A stretch of DNA of 63,786 nt, the filler included, from Octopus bimaculoides (Eukaryota), in NCBI RefSeq assembly GCF_001194135.2. It is 7 parts of 7 records of this genome, joined end to end, with 100 filler letters (N's around TTAATTAATTAA, not from the genome) between each part and the next. Parts side by side here need not be neighbours in the genome. Positions count along the whole stretch, not along the records: positions 29,118 to 44,225 come from NC_068990.1; positions 44,326 to 55,277 come from NW_026326712.1; 5 more parts are not named here. One strand, 5' to 3'. Position 1 is the stretch's first letter. The number at the start of each line of letters is the position of its first letter. Positions 39,100 to 51,499 of this stretch are shown one piece after another. The notes beneath the pieces are model-generated. The model was not told the origin of the DNA. It searched no databases and saw only the letters and a list, made by a program, of their open reading frames with translations. The position numbers were made by a program, and so were the translations under genes.

Positions 39100-39410
39100 T
39101 AAAGTTTTGAGATAAAGAAGAGAAACTGTGTACAGCTGTGGAAATTAGCTGACCAGCAGATATTAACATAAAGCTGAAGATTAGTGAAAAAGACAATATC
39201 TACGCTGAACTATTGAGAAATCTGCAGTTACTTTATCCATATAACAAGTTCAGGTTTATACCTGTAAATAATTGTAGCGCTGGGATATGCAACACACTAC
39301 CTAAATACCAATCTTGTGAAATTGAGCTTCTCAAAATCAGAAAGGAGAAAGCTAATTTGAAGAGTACAGATTCAAGCCATCAGTGGAACTGTAAAAATCT
39401 GTAAAATTTT
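39100..39410 (+). mobile_element. RLE-encoding non-LTR retrotransposon C-terminus (second family)
   Basis: AVEIS*PADINIKLKISEKDNIYAELLRNLQLLYPYNKFRFIPV..VALG...QIQAISGTVKICKIF. Confidence 0.7.
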
Positions 39411-39419
39411 CCAGAAGTT

Positions 39420-40700
39420 TGCCATTTCTCCTTGTCTGTAAAGGAATTTTGATATTCATTGAGTAGTGTTCTGATTTTATTCATTATTGTTTTTTCTGGG
39501 TGTCTTGGTTCTTCCTTGTAGTAGGTTTGGACTGTTAAAATTTCCAATATTTTGTCTTTATAGTAGTTCTTGTCCATGATTACTATCGCCCAGTCCTTAT
39601 CGGCTTTTCTTACGACGATTGAGTTATCATTCTTCAGTGTTAGTAAGGTTTCTTTTCTTCTTCACGAAGGTTTTGCTTGCATCTATAGGTATTTAGAGGA
39701 AATTTAGAAATTGCGTCTATATACGCGTCTAAATATTTGTCCTTTCCCTTTGTAAGGAGTGAAGTGGGATTTATTTCTGACTATTGATTCATCATTTAAA
39801 TCTTTATTGCCGAACAATTCTGTAAGACGGATGTGGCGGTTGAAATGTTCAATATCAGATTTCAGTTCAATGCGATTAGGGGTGGGTGTCGAGTAAAATT
39901 GAAACCTTTTAATAGGAGGTTATCTCATCCTTGTTGAGGTTTCTGTGTTCATTAAAATGTTGTGTTGTCCTGGGTCTGGCGCGTGATTGTGGTATTTTCT
40001 CCCTAAAAAAGGAATTGTGTTATCGTATCACCATTTTCTAAGTTCCGGGGTTCTGGTTCCCATGTAGGCGGGGAGATGGTTCATGTTTTTTGTAGGGATT
40101 TCGTTGCCTATCGGCTCTTTTTCCGTCCCATCTTCCATGTTTTTTGGTCCATTCAGGATACATGGGATTATTCGTCGTAAATTGTGGGTTTCTTGAGTTA
40201 CCATAGAGATAATTAATATTATGGTTTCTTTATTCTCATATATTCATCCATTTAAGGTATAACGGGTTGATGGTTGCCTATGTGTTATTTGTCTTTCATG
40301 TCTTTTTACCTCTGCAATTGTCCATCTAGGGCGTTTGATACACAGGTTGATAGGTTGATGGGTGTCTTCTACATTTCATGTGTTGGCTTATTGCAGTGTT
40401 ATGCATTGCAAAATATGTGTTTATAGTCTGCACCAGACTGGAGATGGAAGTCATTTCCGCATATGTACTAGAGTAACCAGAGGTTCGATAGCTTAGTCCG
40501 GTTTCTCTGGAGTTGGTGTCTATGTTTGTTTTCGATTTCCTCGTATTATTTTGGTGTTGTTGTGGTTTTGTTTCCATAATGAATTTTTCTCCATAAATAT
40601 TTTTTCAAAGGTACTGAATCATTCCTGTTGTTTTTCTCACACTTTTATGGATTCTTCTTTTTATTCCCACTTTCTGTCTTCTTTCGAGCACGTTGTTGCA
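39420..40700 (-). mobile_element. Penelope-like element, 5' region and N-terminal RT-adjacent domain
   Basis: KGFNF..PTPNRIELKSDIEHFNRHIRLTELF...LKNDNSIVVRKADKDWAIVIMDKNYYKDKILEIL matches the PLE KADKGxxxVIMDxxxY region. Confidence 0.8.
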
Positions 40701-40776
40701 ATTTGTCATGACATTCATTGTCACTCCGTCCGGCGATCAATGATTCCTGCATACACAACTACATCAATTATTTTTA

Positions 40777-40820
<44 letters not shown>

Positions 40821-41173
40821 NNNNNNNNNNNNNNNNNNNNNNNNNNNNNNNNNNNNNNNNNNNNNNNNNNNNNNNNNNNNNNNNNNNNNNNNNNNNNNNN
40901 NNNNNNNNNNNNNNNNNNNNNNNNNNNNNNNNNNNNNNNNNNNNNNNNNNNNNNNNNNNNNNNNNNNNNNNNNNNNNNNNNNNNNNNNNNNNNNNNNNNN
41001 NNNNNNNNNNNNNNNNNNNNNNNNNNNNNNNNNNNNNNNNNNNNNNNNNNNNNNNNNNNNNNNNNNNNNNNNNNNNNNNNNNNNNNNNNNNNNNNNNNNN
41101 NNNNNNNNNNNNNNNNNNNNNNNNNNNNNNNNNNNNNNNNNNNNNNNNNNNNNNNNNNNNNNNNNNNNNNNNN

Positions 41174-41206
<33 letters not shown>

Positions 41207-42390
41207 AGCCTACCGGTCGGGTGGTTTTAAGCTGGCTCCTATGGAGGGCTCTTCATTAGGCCTTGGACCCAACAATGACACTTCATGCATTGACTACATA
41301 TTATATTCTATTAAACTTGAACAATATTTTTCAAGCAATAAACATTTTTCAGCAAAATAATGATATAATTTCTAGACTTGGAACTTATTGAAAAGCTACA
41401 TGATAAACATTAGTACCACCACCATCGCCACCACAGCTGCCATACACATACCATTCAGACTTCTGACGCCACTACCATCAATATCTTTGACTTCGCTACC
41501 TTCCGCTCCACCACCATCACCACTGTCTTTCACATTACTTACTCTCACCGTCATCCCTGACTGCTTTAGCTACCACCACCACCATCATAACCGACGCCTC
41601 CGCCTCTGTCATAACTACAGCTCATACTATTACTACCACCCCATCACTATCACAATAGGCTAAATATGTGTGTAAAAGAATTGTGTTTAGTATGTTAGTT
41701 CAGTGTTCAGTCCCTCTTTCTCTGACATACCCACTCTTTCTATCTCTTTTATTATTACTCCCACTGTCACCATCAACACTACTACTTTTAATAAAAAAAC
41801 GTCATAAACTCTCCCTAAATTTCTTTGTCTCTTTATCTCTCTTTTTCTTTTTTTATCTCTCTCTCTCTATCTATCTCTCTCTCTTTCTCTCTCTCTCTCT
41901 CTTTCTGTCTTCGCCACCACCCTCACCGTCTCTATGCCTACTATTACTCTCACCCCAGCATGAGCAATAGTAGGAGTGTCAGTGAATAGTGAGTGAGGAG
42001 TCGAAGTGTGACACACAGGCACAGTGATATCAGTTTTCGCATTTATGATATATATATATACATATATATATATANNNNNNNNNNNNNNNNNNNNNNNNNN
42101 NNNNNNNNNNNNNNNNNNNNNNNNNNNNNNNNNNNNNNNNNNNNNNNNNNNNNNNNNNNNNNNNNNNNNNNNNNNNNNNNNNNNNNNNNNNNNNNNNNNN
42201 NNNNNNNNNNNNNNNNNNNNNNNNNNNNNNNNGTATCCATGTGTGCAAATTCTGCGTGAATTAAGAAATGGTGACGACTGAAAGTTTGCAAATAGAATTA
42301 TAAACCTTCACGTAAAATGTATCATATAGTCAATATACGGGGAAGTCATATCGTTCTATTTATAAAGTATACGCATGTGTAGAGAGATAT

Positions 42391-42424
<34 letters not shown>

Positions 42425-42470
42425 GCAGACAGACAGACAGACGGACAGACAGACAGACGGACAGACAGAC

Positions 42471-42507
<37 letters not shown>

Positions 42508-43050
42508 TAAAGATTAATTCTTCGTTATCCCACGCTTATGTCCTAAAAACATTTGACGACACGAGCTAATTTAGCCTAGCTCCACTCAATGCAACGCAGC
42601 TGGGACGCTCTCTTCTTTATCAAAGTTTCCACTGGATTAAGACTGAACTTTGGCTCTACAAAAACAGAACACCAACACACAGGTTATAATCAAATAAATA
42701 CAAACAAAATTTACCTGAAGAATGGAAGATACGTATAAATGTTGGTTTCCCTCATTTATTACTTCTGCTTCGTATTTCTCTCAATCCTACATCAAATTTC
42801 CATTTTTTTTCACTTAGTCTCACTGAACCTACCTTTACCCGTTGCATTTAGAGTCTCTCCCTGATATATATATATATATATATGCATATATGTGTGTGTG
42901 TGTGTGCACGCACATCTACTCACATATACATATATATACACACACATATATAAATATATAAATATATGTATATCATACATTTATATATCGTATATATATA
43001 CATATATACATATATATGTGTGTGTGGTGTGTGTGCGTGTATGTGTGTGT

Positions 43051-43088
<38 letters not shown>

Positions 43089-43540
43089 TGTGTGTGTAAG
43101 TGTGTGTGTCCATCTTCCAATTGTTTGCACTCTCGTATACTACGTTAATCTATAAAGATTCCACATTTTGTAAAATTTTATCTCTTCTTCCATCTACACA
43201 ACCTGATGTTTTTCTCTTCCATCAATCATCCTTTACGATCTCTCAAATTATCATTTTTTTTTACATATCATTTATATCACGCTCCATCATCTTCTCTGTA
43301 TCTCGACTCTATATTTATTTTACTTCTGTGCAATGCACCATTCACTTCTCTCACCAGAAATACTAGCAATCTTTCAATACCTTATGTAAAATAACCTTTT
43401 GTATTTATCTCGCATCCTCTCCGTCCAAGAAATCCCCCACCGCTATGTCTTTCTATTTATATATATCAGAAATTTTCCATCTATCTAATCTATATATTGA
43501 TCTATCTATCTATCATTCTATTAGCTGTCTCGCTCTATTA

Positions 43541-43641
<101 letters not shown>

Positions 43642-44225
43642 TGTGCGTGTGTATGTAACGTAAAGGAACAAGATTGAGAATACGTCAGGTACCTGATATA
43701 ATCCAGATCTGGCTAACCACATCGAATGATAGGTTACATTCAGAATCGTTTACGATAAACAATTTAACTTTCTTCACTTGATAGATAAAACCTGAGATCA
43801 CTTCATTGGTTTTCATACACCATACACAGTATATAATCAAGATGTCATAAAGAAGAATAATACATCTTCAAACTTGCCTATTATAGAATCTTTCTCATAA
43901 AATTCAAATCCGACACGTGTTTCTGTTGGATAGGTGTCCTCCTAGTGTCCTTTGATGTAGCAGTCATGTGCATTTAGATGATTTCGATTAAATCAACTTC
44001 AGTGCATATTAATCCAAAGGCTGACATTTATTAACCTGCAATTATAAGCAAGAATACAGAATATAATTTTTTTTTTTTTTGCGATGGACTAACTTCCTTT
44101 CTGAAAAGAAACATTTATTCCATCAGTTTTTTTGCAGTTCCTTTTAAATTTATCCATTTATCTCACCTCTCATCCCAAAATAATGAATTGCAACATCCGC
44201 AAGGACAATGACGCCAAATTACATC

Positions 44226-44325
44226 NNNNNNNNNNNNNNNNNNNNNNNNNNNNNNNNNNNNNNNNNNNNTTAATTAATTAANNNNNNNNNNNNNNNNNNN
44301 NNNNNNNNNNNNNNNNNNNNNNNNN
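44226..44325. other. Assembly pad 3
   Basis: 44 N + TTAATTAATTAA + 44 N. Confidence 0.95.
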
Positions 44326-44655
44326 GCAAATCGACCTCAGGACTTATTCTTGGTAAGCCTAGTACTTATTCTATCAGTTACATTTTGCCGAACTACTAAT
44401 ATACGGGGATGTAAACACACTAGCATCGGTTGTCAAACGATGGTGGGGGTGGGGTGGGGACAAACACAGACACACATATATATATATAGATATATACGAT
44501 GGGCTTCTTTCAGTTTCCGTCTACCAAATCCACTCACAAGGCTTTGGTCGGTCCGAGGCTATAGTAGAAGACGCTTGCCCAAGGTGCCACGCAATGGGAC
44601 TGAACCCGGAACTATGTGGTTGGTAAGCAAGCTACTAACCACATAGTCACTCCTA
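44326..44655 (-). mobile_element. SINE family A
   Basis: Well-preserved reverse-complement copy. Confidence 0.9.
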
Positions 44656-44689
44656 TATATACTTTTTGTCAACTGAATGTTTTTGCATG

Positions 44690-45110
44690 TAAGTAACATG
44701 GATAGATTTCTCTCGCCGAGATCTATCATGACGGTGGATAAAATTTGGGGGAAATTTTGAGTTTATGATTTGTAAATTTATAAGTTTATCACTGTGCTTA
44801 CGATGGGAGAGTTTATATCTAGGGAAACATCTAAAAAATCAACTTTTGGCAAATTAGTAGTGACGCTGCTGATTCTGAGGCCTAATTGAGTAAAGGTAGC
44901 AATGAGTTTTTTCCTAAATGTATCAAGAGTGTGACCATCACAGCCATGGGAAATTCCCAATCCATCATCTTAATACAGACTAATATCATGGAATGGGAAC
45001 TTGGATCTCAATGTATTTAATAGAAAGAGACTTACAAAATTGCAGATATCAGCACTGTCAATACATGAAAGAATTCATCTGTATCAAATCTTTTAACCTA
45101 TGCTGAGCCC
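44690..45110 (-). mobile_element. Penelope-like RT fragment
   Basis: DSADICNFVSLFLLNTL...LY*DDGLGISHGCDGHTLDTFRKKLIATFTQLGLRIS..TNLPKVDFLDVSLD matches PLE DGAEICELVGL / YRDDGL / VxFLDV motifs. Confidence 0.8.
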
Positions 45111-45540
45111 TTACTAAATTAGAAGTGTTTTAATTCTAAAATAATCATGAATATAGACTAGCTTCATTAAAAACCTGTAACTTCTTTGCTTATCGACATA
45201 TCGTGATTTTGAAGAAAAGCTTCTTAATCAATTCTATTGCGTATCTTATGTCTCAAAGTGATTCTAATTATATGTAAATACAGGTAAATTCAGCAAAATA
45301 CAAAAATATTAAAATTTTGTTTAAACATCACCATAGAAAATGAGTCATCAGTTTATATTCAATTGGTTATACAACAAAATTTTAATATAGAAGACGTGTG
45401 CACATCACTTGATTATGAGCTGAATTTAATGCACAGTAGAACAGGTATACCATAAAGGTGAAATAAAATGAAATACAGGAATTTGTTTTTGAAGAAAACT
45501 AGAAAATGAAACATTAACTAAATGAAATAAAGATTTACAA

Positions 45541-46155
45541 TAGAACAAGTAGACATATATTTTTCAACACGTAAATACTGAACAGTATATATAAAGGATA
45601 AAATCCTTTTAAGAGCAGAAAAATTTGCCAGTAACCAGCCATGAGGATCAAACTCATACCCCTCCAATATCCGGTTGGAGTGCTCTACCCTTTAAGTTAA
45701 GCTGCCGACCGGCAAATTCTTCTGCAATTTTTGAAGTTATAAAGTCATCTAGAAACACTAGATTGTCATACAGATGTTCAATATTTACATATTGAAAAAT
45801 ATATCTTTCTATTTGTTCTACAACACATTCCAATGCTTCAAAAACAAACTTATGTTTGTTTATATATGATGTACTCTATATGACAATCTAGTGTTGCTGG
45901 ATGACTTTATAACTTCCTAAAATTGCAGAAGAATTCGCCGGTTGGCAGTTTAGCTTAAAGGGTAGAGCACTCCAACTGGATATTGGAGGGGTGTGAGTTC
46001 GATCTTCATGGCAAATTTTTCTGCTCTTAAAAGGATTTTATCCTTTATAAATACTGTTCAGTATTTATGTGCTGAAAAATATATCTTTCTACTTGCTCTA
46101 CAATACATTTCAACGCTTCAAAAACAAACTTATGTTTGTTTACATATGACATTAT
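45541..46155. repeat. ~260-bp unit in partial tandem (+) plus an inverted copy (-), each with a tRNA-like segment
   Basis: 45541-45773 reverse-complements 45876-46100; 45775-45885 is directly repeated at 46035-46155. Confidence 0.9.
45633..45706 (-). other. tRNA-like cloverleaf inside the repeat unit (not called a functional tRNA)
   Basis: GGCAGCT-TA-ACTT-AAAGGGTA-GAGC-A-CTCCAA-CCGGATA-TTGGAG-GGGT-ATGAG-TTTGATC-CTCAT-GGCTGGT; second copy on + at 45944-46012 has GTTCGATC but lacks the 3' acceptor strand. Confidence 0.6.
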
Positions 46156-47104
46156 CTAGAATAGAAATTAAATCAAAACTTGTCACTCACCTTACAGGCA
46201 AATTAAAATTACAGGTAAGCAAAAAGGTAAATTTGAAAAATATTTATAAAACCTAATCATATATATCATTCACACACAGTAGTGTGTGAATAATATTTTT
46301 AAGGTCAACATTTAATCACTCACAACAACTTCTAGGCTTTGTCACTAACTCAGTTTTTAACCAAATTAGATGATGCTTACATTTTTAGATTGGTCACATA
46401 TTAAGCTACACTTTCAGCTACAAAATTTGAAAATACTTTGGTAGAAAAAAAAGTTTCAGTAAATATGCCAGGTCAAAAACAGGAGAGTCCAAATGCTTTT
46501 TGTTTATTTTTTGAAATTTATATTTTATTTTAGCTTATATGATAGATCTTGGCAAAAAGTACTGAGGTAAAAACCGGCGGAAAAATAAGGAGATTAATGC
46601 CTAAAATTGACTTTGACTCCAAATATTATTCTTATTTCAAAAGAAAACTATATTTAAATTCAACTTTTCTGATTGATAGATCTCCATTAGAGGAATCTGA
46701 TGATGCAAATTATATCAAAAAAGTTTTTTAATAAAAAACTACTGGGCCCAAATGTGCTGGAAACAGTGGTAATACCTAGAAGCAAATTCAAAACCTATAA
46801 AAAAATTTTTACCTCATATGATAGAACTCATCAAGACGAGTGTTGTGGTGCTAATCTTTTCAAATTATTTTCATATTATTCACACACGCTTCTGGTGCAA
46901 AAAGCATGCTTGATTATATTGCTAGTGATGTGAGTAATTTTTGCACCAGAAACCAGCATGAGTTTCTCTCATGGTATCAGCTGCAGTATAGTCTGTTTTA
47001 ACAGAACATCTACATTTAAGTGGGGATAAATGTTACTGATTTTACTTGTACTTACTTGTAATCAGAGTATCTTTCGGGCAAAAATTGTAAGAGAGTTTTT
47101 TGTA

Positions 47105-47420
47105 CATCGTTGTCATCATTTAACATCTGCTTCCCAAGCTGGTGTGGGTTAGACAGTTTGACTGGAACTGGTAAAGCGGAGGGCTGCACCAGGTTCCAGT
47201 CTGATTTGGTATGGTTTCTACAACTGGATGCTCTTCCTAATGCCAACCACTCCAAGAGTGTATTGGATGTTTTTTATGTGCCATTGGCATGGGTGCCATT
47301 TACATGACTCCGGCAACGGTCATGGTTACAATTTCACTGGGTTTGACAAGTTTTCTCAAGCAGAGCATATTGCCAAAGGTCTCAGTCACTTGTCATCACC
47401 TCCGTGAGGCCCAACATTAT
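47105..47420 (-). mobile_element. RTE LINE 3' UTR / RTE-tail element
   Basis: Contains ctacaactggatgctcttcctaatgccaacc and a (GAT)n-type tail; same UTR is attached to an RTE RT at 53030-54125. Confidence 0.75.
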
Positions 47421-48027
47421 TAATAAAAAACAAAAACCAAAAAAAAGTTATAGTTTTTGTATTTGGTTAGCTAGATTGTGAGTTGAAACAAATTCAGTGT
47501 CTTGGGAAGCTCATTACACCAATAATAACAGCATACACACACTGTGCCTTGGAAGGGCAATCATACCAATAATAACACACATACCAGTGCATGAGTTATT
47601 ATTATTATTGGCATAATGACTCTCCCAAGACACAAAAAGTTATAGTTGTTTACAAAACCAACTTTAAACTCTTAATTATTTTAAAATTTAATTAAAATAC
47701 ATCTTTTACCTAGAGATATAGTAAAGAAAGGGTGAAATTCAACATCTATAGCTAAAAATTATTAGCACTTGTGTATTTAACTACCTGTTCTTTCCAACCC
47801 TCACCCAACACTTTTCTTCCAGATAGATCTATTGAAGGAGCATGAAAAAATTCATTTTTGAAGTGATTAGCAGAAGGAAAAGCATTTATCTGTAAAAAAC
47901 AATTGTTTCAATAGTATCCAGATATCCAGTCTGCAAAATTCATCTCGCTCATACACTACCATGGAAAAATGAATCCCAAATATTAGGGAGAAAGCAAAAA
48001 CACTTTTACAAATGAATGATTATTTAC

Positions 48028-48154
48028 CTCATCCTTAGTCCATCGGCCTTTATTTATTACTTTACTGCTTGAACTGAATGATATATTATAATCATGATCC
48101 AATACCTCGCTGTCAGTGTCATCCTCACTTTTGAATGACTGTCGATTACTGCCT
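48028..48154 (-). CDS. MYB: Myb-family transcription factor, exon-2 equivalent (acidic N-terminus + start of repeat R1)
   Basis: ttttttgttgtAG acceptor, GAG|GTAAAT donor, 127 nt, phase 2 in / phase 0 out; encodes GSNRQSFKSEDDTDSEVLDHDYNISFSSSSKVINKGRWTKDE. The DHDY...RWTxEE pattern and intron phases match vertebrate c-MYB exon 2 as I recall it. Confidence 0.85.
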
Positions 48155-48444
48155 CTACAACAAAAAAAGCAAGTTTTTAATTTACAATTCATATCACAAA
48201 AAACTAAAACTTGAAACGTTTTTTATTGCTGAAATAACTAACCCATTATGGTGATTGCAAACGTGAATTATAGTGACTGAATGTAACACAATACGGTCTA
48301 ACTGAATGAAACAATACAAAGATTATTAGTAGTCCGGCAGAAGCACTGGTTGCAATATCCCTTCTACACATGAGCTATAAACAATCAAAATCTGTATTAT
48401 AAAGATGATGAAAGCTATTGTTAATGTACAACTTTAAATCATCG

Positions 48445-48960
48445 TTGTAATCATCATTTAACTTCTGCCTTCCATGCTGACATGGGTTGGATAGTTGACA
48501 GGAGTCGGCCAGGTAAAAGACTACATCAGGCTAGTGTTGGTTTTGGCATGGTTTTTACAGCTGGATGTCTTGCTAATACCAACCACCCCACAGAGTGGAC
48601 TTCTACGTTGCATTTCACATGGCACCAGCACAGGTGAGGTCAGTTTTGGCATGCTTTTTGCAGCTGGATACTCTTCCAATTGCCACCTACTTCACAGTGA
48701 GGTCTGCATGCTTTTTACATAGCACCAACACAGGCATGGTCACCAAGTAACTTCCAAGACAAGGAATTTTTGAGAGGGGAGGGGACATTGGCGGAGGAGA
48801 TCTAGTGTCAGATGATGAAAGGATAGAGTGTGACAGAGAGGATAGAGAGACAGAGGAGGTACATGGTTATCCACCCAGAGACAGACAGACAGACAGAGGA
48901 AGAGGGAAAGGGAGAGGATGGCAGACAGAGGGAGGGGACAAGTAACAAGAATGACGGCAG
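48445..48960 (-). mobile_element. RTE-tail element
   Basis: Reverse-complement homologue of 50920-51358. Confidence 0.7.
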
Positions 48961-49449
48961 AAACAGGTGTGCTGTCATAGAGGAGATATATAGTTATCCA
49001 ACCAGCCATCCAGAGATAGAGGTGGGGAGAGAGTAGGAGACAGCAAGAGTGCAAAAGAGAGCAGGAGAGAGATGGTGGTGAAGTGCCAGGGAATACTCAC
49101 AAAGAACAGGGATCAGAGCATAGATGGGATTGTAAAGTAAGGAACAGAGACATAAATGGTGGCATGCCCTCAAGGTATGGAGGTCATAATATACATGGTC
49201 AGGTATTGCTGAGAAAGTACAAGTAGGGAGTGGGGTTGCAGTGACTGGTGAGAACCTAAGGAGAGGGTAATGCAGTGATACAGTGAGCAGGGCAATGAGG
49301 GCAGGGATAAGGAGTGGGAAATAATCATAGGGTATGAAAAGGAAATGTGAGAAATAGAAAAGATGCAGTTTGGTTTGTTGAGGCAGGAGGTGTGAAAATT
49401 TTATTGTTAAATGTGGATAAGACACAACGCTTCTGGCATTCAATTTTGC

Positions 49450-50390
49450 TGATGTGGGCAGGTCCTCTCTAGAACCTCATATCACCAGACATCTCATTCC
49501 ATTGTCATTTACTCCATGAGCTCCAACATCCTAAGACTGGTCCACACCACTTCATCCCATGTCTTCCTGGATCTCCCTCTTCTACAGGTGCTATCAACTT
49601 TCGGTGACTGACACTTCTTTACACAGCTGTCTTCATTCATACGCATCACATGTCCAAACTAACATAGTGTCCTCTCTTGCATGCCACATTTAATTCCTCT
49701 TATACCCGACTTTTCTCTCAACACAGTTGCACTTTGTTGGTCATGCACACTGATGTTGCATACTACCTTCATTGCTCTCTAGTCTACACACTTCTGCATT
49801 CAGAGCCCAGGTCTTACTACCATGGAATATAGCCGTTCATACACACGCATCATAAAATCTACCCTTCATTCTGGGAGAGAGTCCTTTTGTTGCCAACAGA
49901 GGTAGTAGTTCTCTGAACTTCATCCACCCTATTCTTATTTTAGAAACAATACTTTCAGAGCATCTACCACCATTAATAATTTGGTCACCTAAGTAGCAGA
50001 AGCTATCTACTACCTCAAGAGAGTCTCCTGGGCATCTGAGAGAGTCTAAGTCCCGTGTGCTCTTAGTGCTTAATATTCCTGCACATCTGCCACACATGAA
50101 GACAACCTTATCTGTTAAACCACCTGTGATTCCACTGCATCTCTTATGTGTTCATAGCTTTCACTGAGTGCAGCGAATGGAATTACTTCCCACTCCTTTC
50201 CTAGATATTGAGAAGGGCCATTTACCAGCTGGAAGGAGAGTCTTATCTGCTTTCTTGCTAACAACAACTTTAGTGTTTGCTAGGTTAGCTTTAAGTCCAT
50301 TTGATTCCAGGTTTTGCTTCTATATCTGGAATTTGTTCAATTCTACTTCAGATTCTGCAATATTTAGAATATGCTGACCATATGGTCAGC
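49450..50390 (-). mobile_element. RTE LINE, RT C-terminal fragment
   Basis: LEVVDSFCYLGDQI...GWMKFRELLPLLATKGLSPRMKGRFYDACV. Confidence 0.85.
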
Positions 50391-50919
50391 ATATTCTAAA
50401 TAAATCCTTTTGTCATACAAATGGTGTCATTTGTTAGCAATCTTCTATGAAAATATGCCTGGTCATTGTACTACTTGTTTGAAAGACTAAGGGAAATATT
50501 ACCTTACTTGGAAACAGATGAGTGTTGGTTACAGGAATACTGTCTGGCCATAGAAAATGTGCTTCCATGAATTTTACCTAACTCATGCAAGCATGGAAAA
50601 TTGGGCATTAAAATGACAATGATTTGCATGTGTGTGTGTATGCATGTCTATGTGTGTCTTATCTGTATTTTTTTTAGAGAAGTTTGTATGCTGTGAGAAA
50701 AGTAATTTGACATCTTTAGACTTATTCCTAAAAGTAAAAATATCAAATGAAAAATGTCATGCAATAAGACACATAGACATTTTCTTTTTGATATGAGTCT
50801 CATAGTATCTCACTATTAACTGCATTCTTTCATGTGGTGCACACATACACACACACACACACTGACCTAAAAAGAATGCATGCTTTTCCTCTTTCTCTTT
50901 TTCTCTCTCTCTTTGTAAT

Positions 50920-51358
50920 CCATGTACCTCCCCTACAGCAAGACACCTCTTTCTGTCTCACTGTCTCACTCCAACCTTTTATCATCTGACACAAGATCAC
51001 CTCCTCTAATGCTCTCTCCCCTCTCAAAAATTCCTTGTCTTGCAAACTTACTTGGTGACCATACCAATGCAGGTGCCACTTAAAATGCATCCAGTCCACA
51101 CCATAAAGTTGTTGGCATTTAGAAGGGCATCCAGCTGTAAAAATCATACCAAAACTGACCTCACCTGTAGTAGTGCCATGTAAAAAGCACCCAGCCCACT
51201 CTGCAGAGTGGTTGGTGCTAGGAAGGGCATTCAGCTGTAAAAAACCATGCCAAAAGAGACACAGAAGTATGGTGCAGGCTTCTTCCTGGCTGGCTCCTGT
51301 CAAACCATCCAACCCATGCCAGCATGGTAGAAGGACATTAAACAATGATAATGATGTT
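50920..51358 (+). mobile_element. RTE-tail element
   Basis: ggaagggcattcagctgtaaaaaaccatgcc...catggtagaaggacattaaacaatgataatgatg tail. Confidence 0.75.
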
Positions 51359-51499
51359 GACCTTTGTTGCACTAGAGAATCAGAAAGTCAACCATTCTCA
51401 TTCGTTTCAGTAGTGTGGCTCCTGTAACTGAAAATTCCTTTTTCTCACAAAAAAAGCACCAACACCCAACACTGAATGTGGATTCTTTTTTTAAATATT

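Noticed and set aside
46549-46566. WQKVL peptide resembling Myb R1 end
   Set aside because: On the plus strand (opposite to the Myb exon), not followed by NPEL, and inside DNA-transposon-like sequence.
47823-47861. Plus-strand IDLLKEHEKIHF* resembling a C2H2 finger end
   Set aside because: Only 12 codons, no cysteine half, and it overlaps the alternative minus-strand reading.
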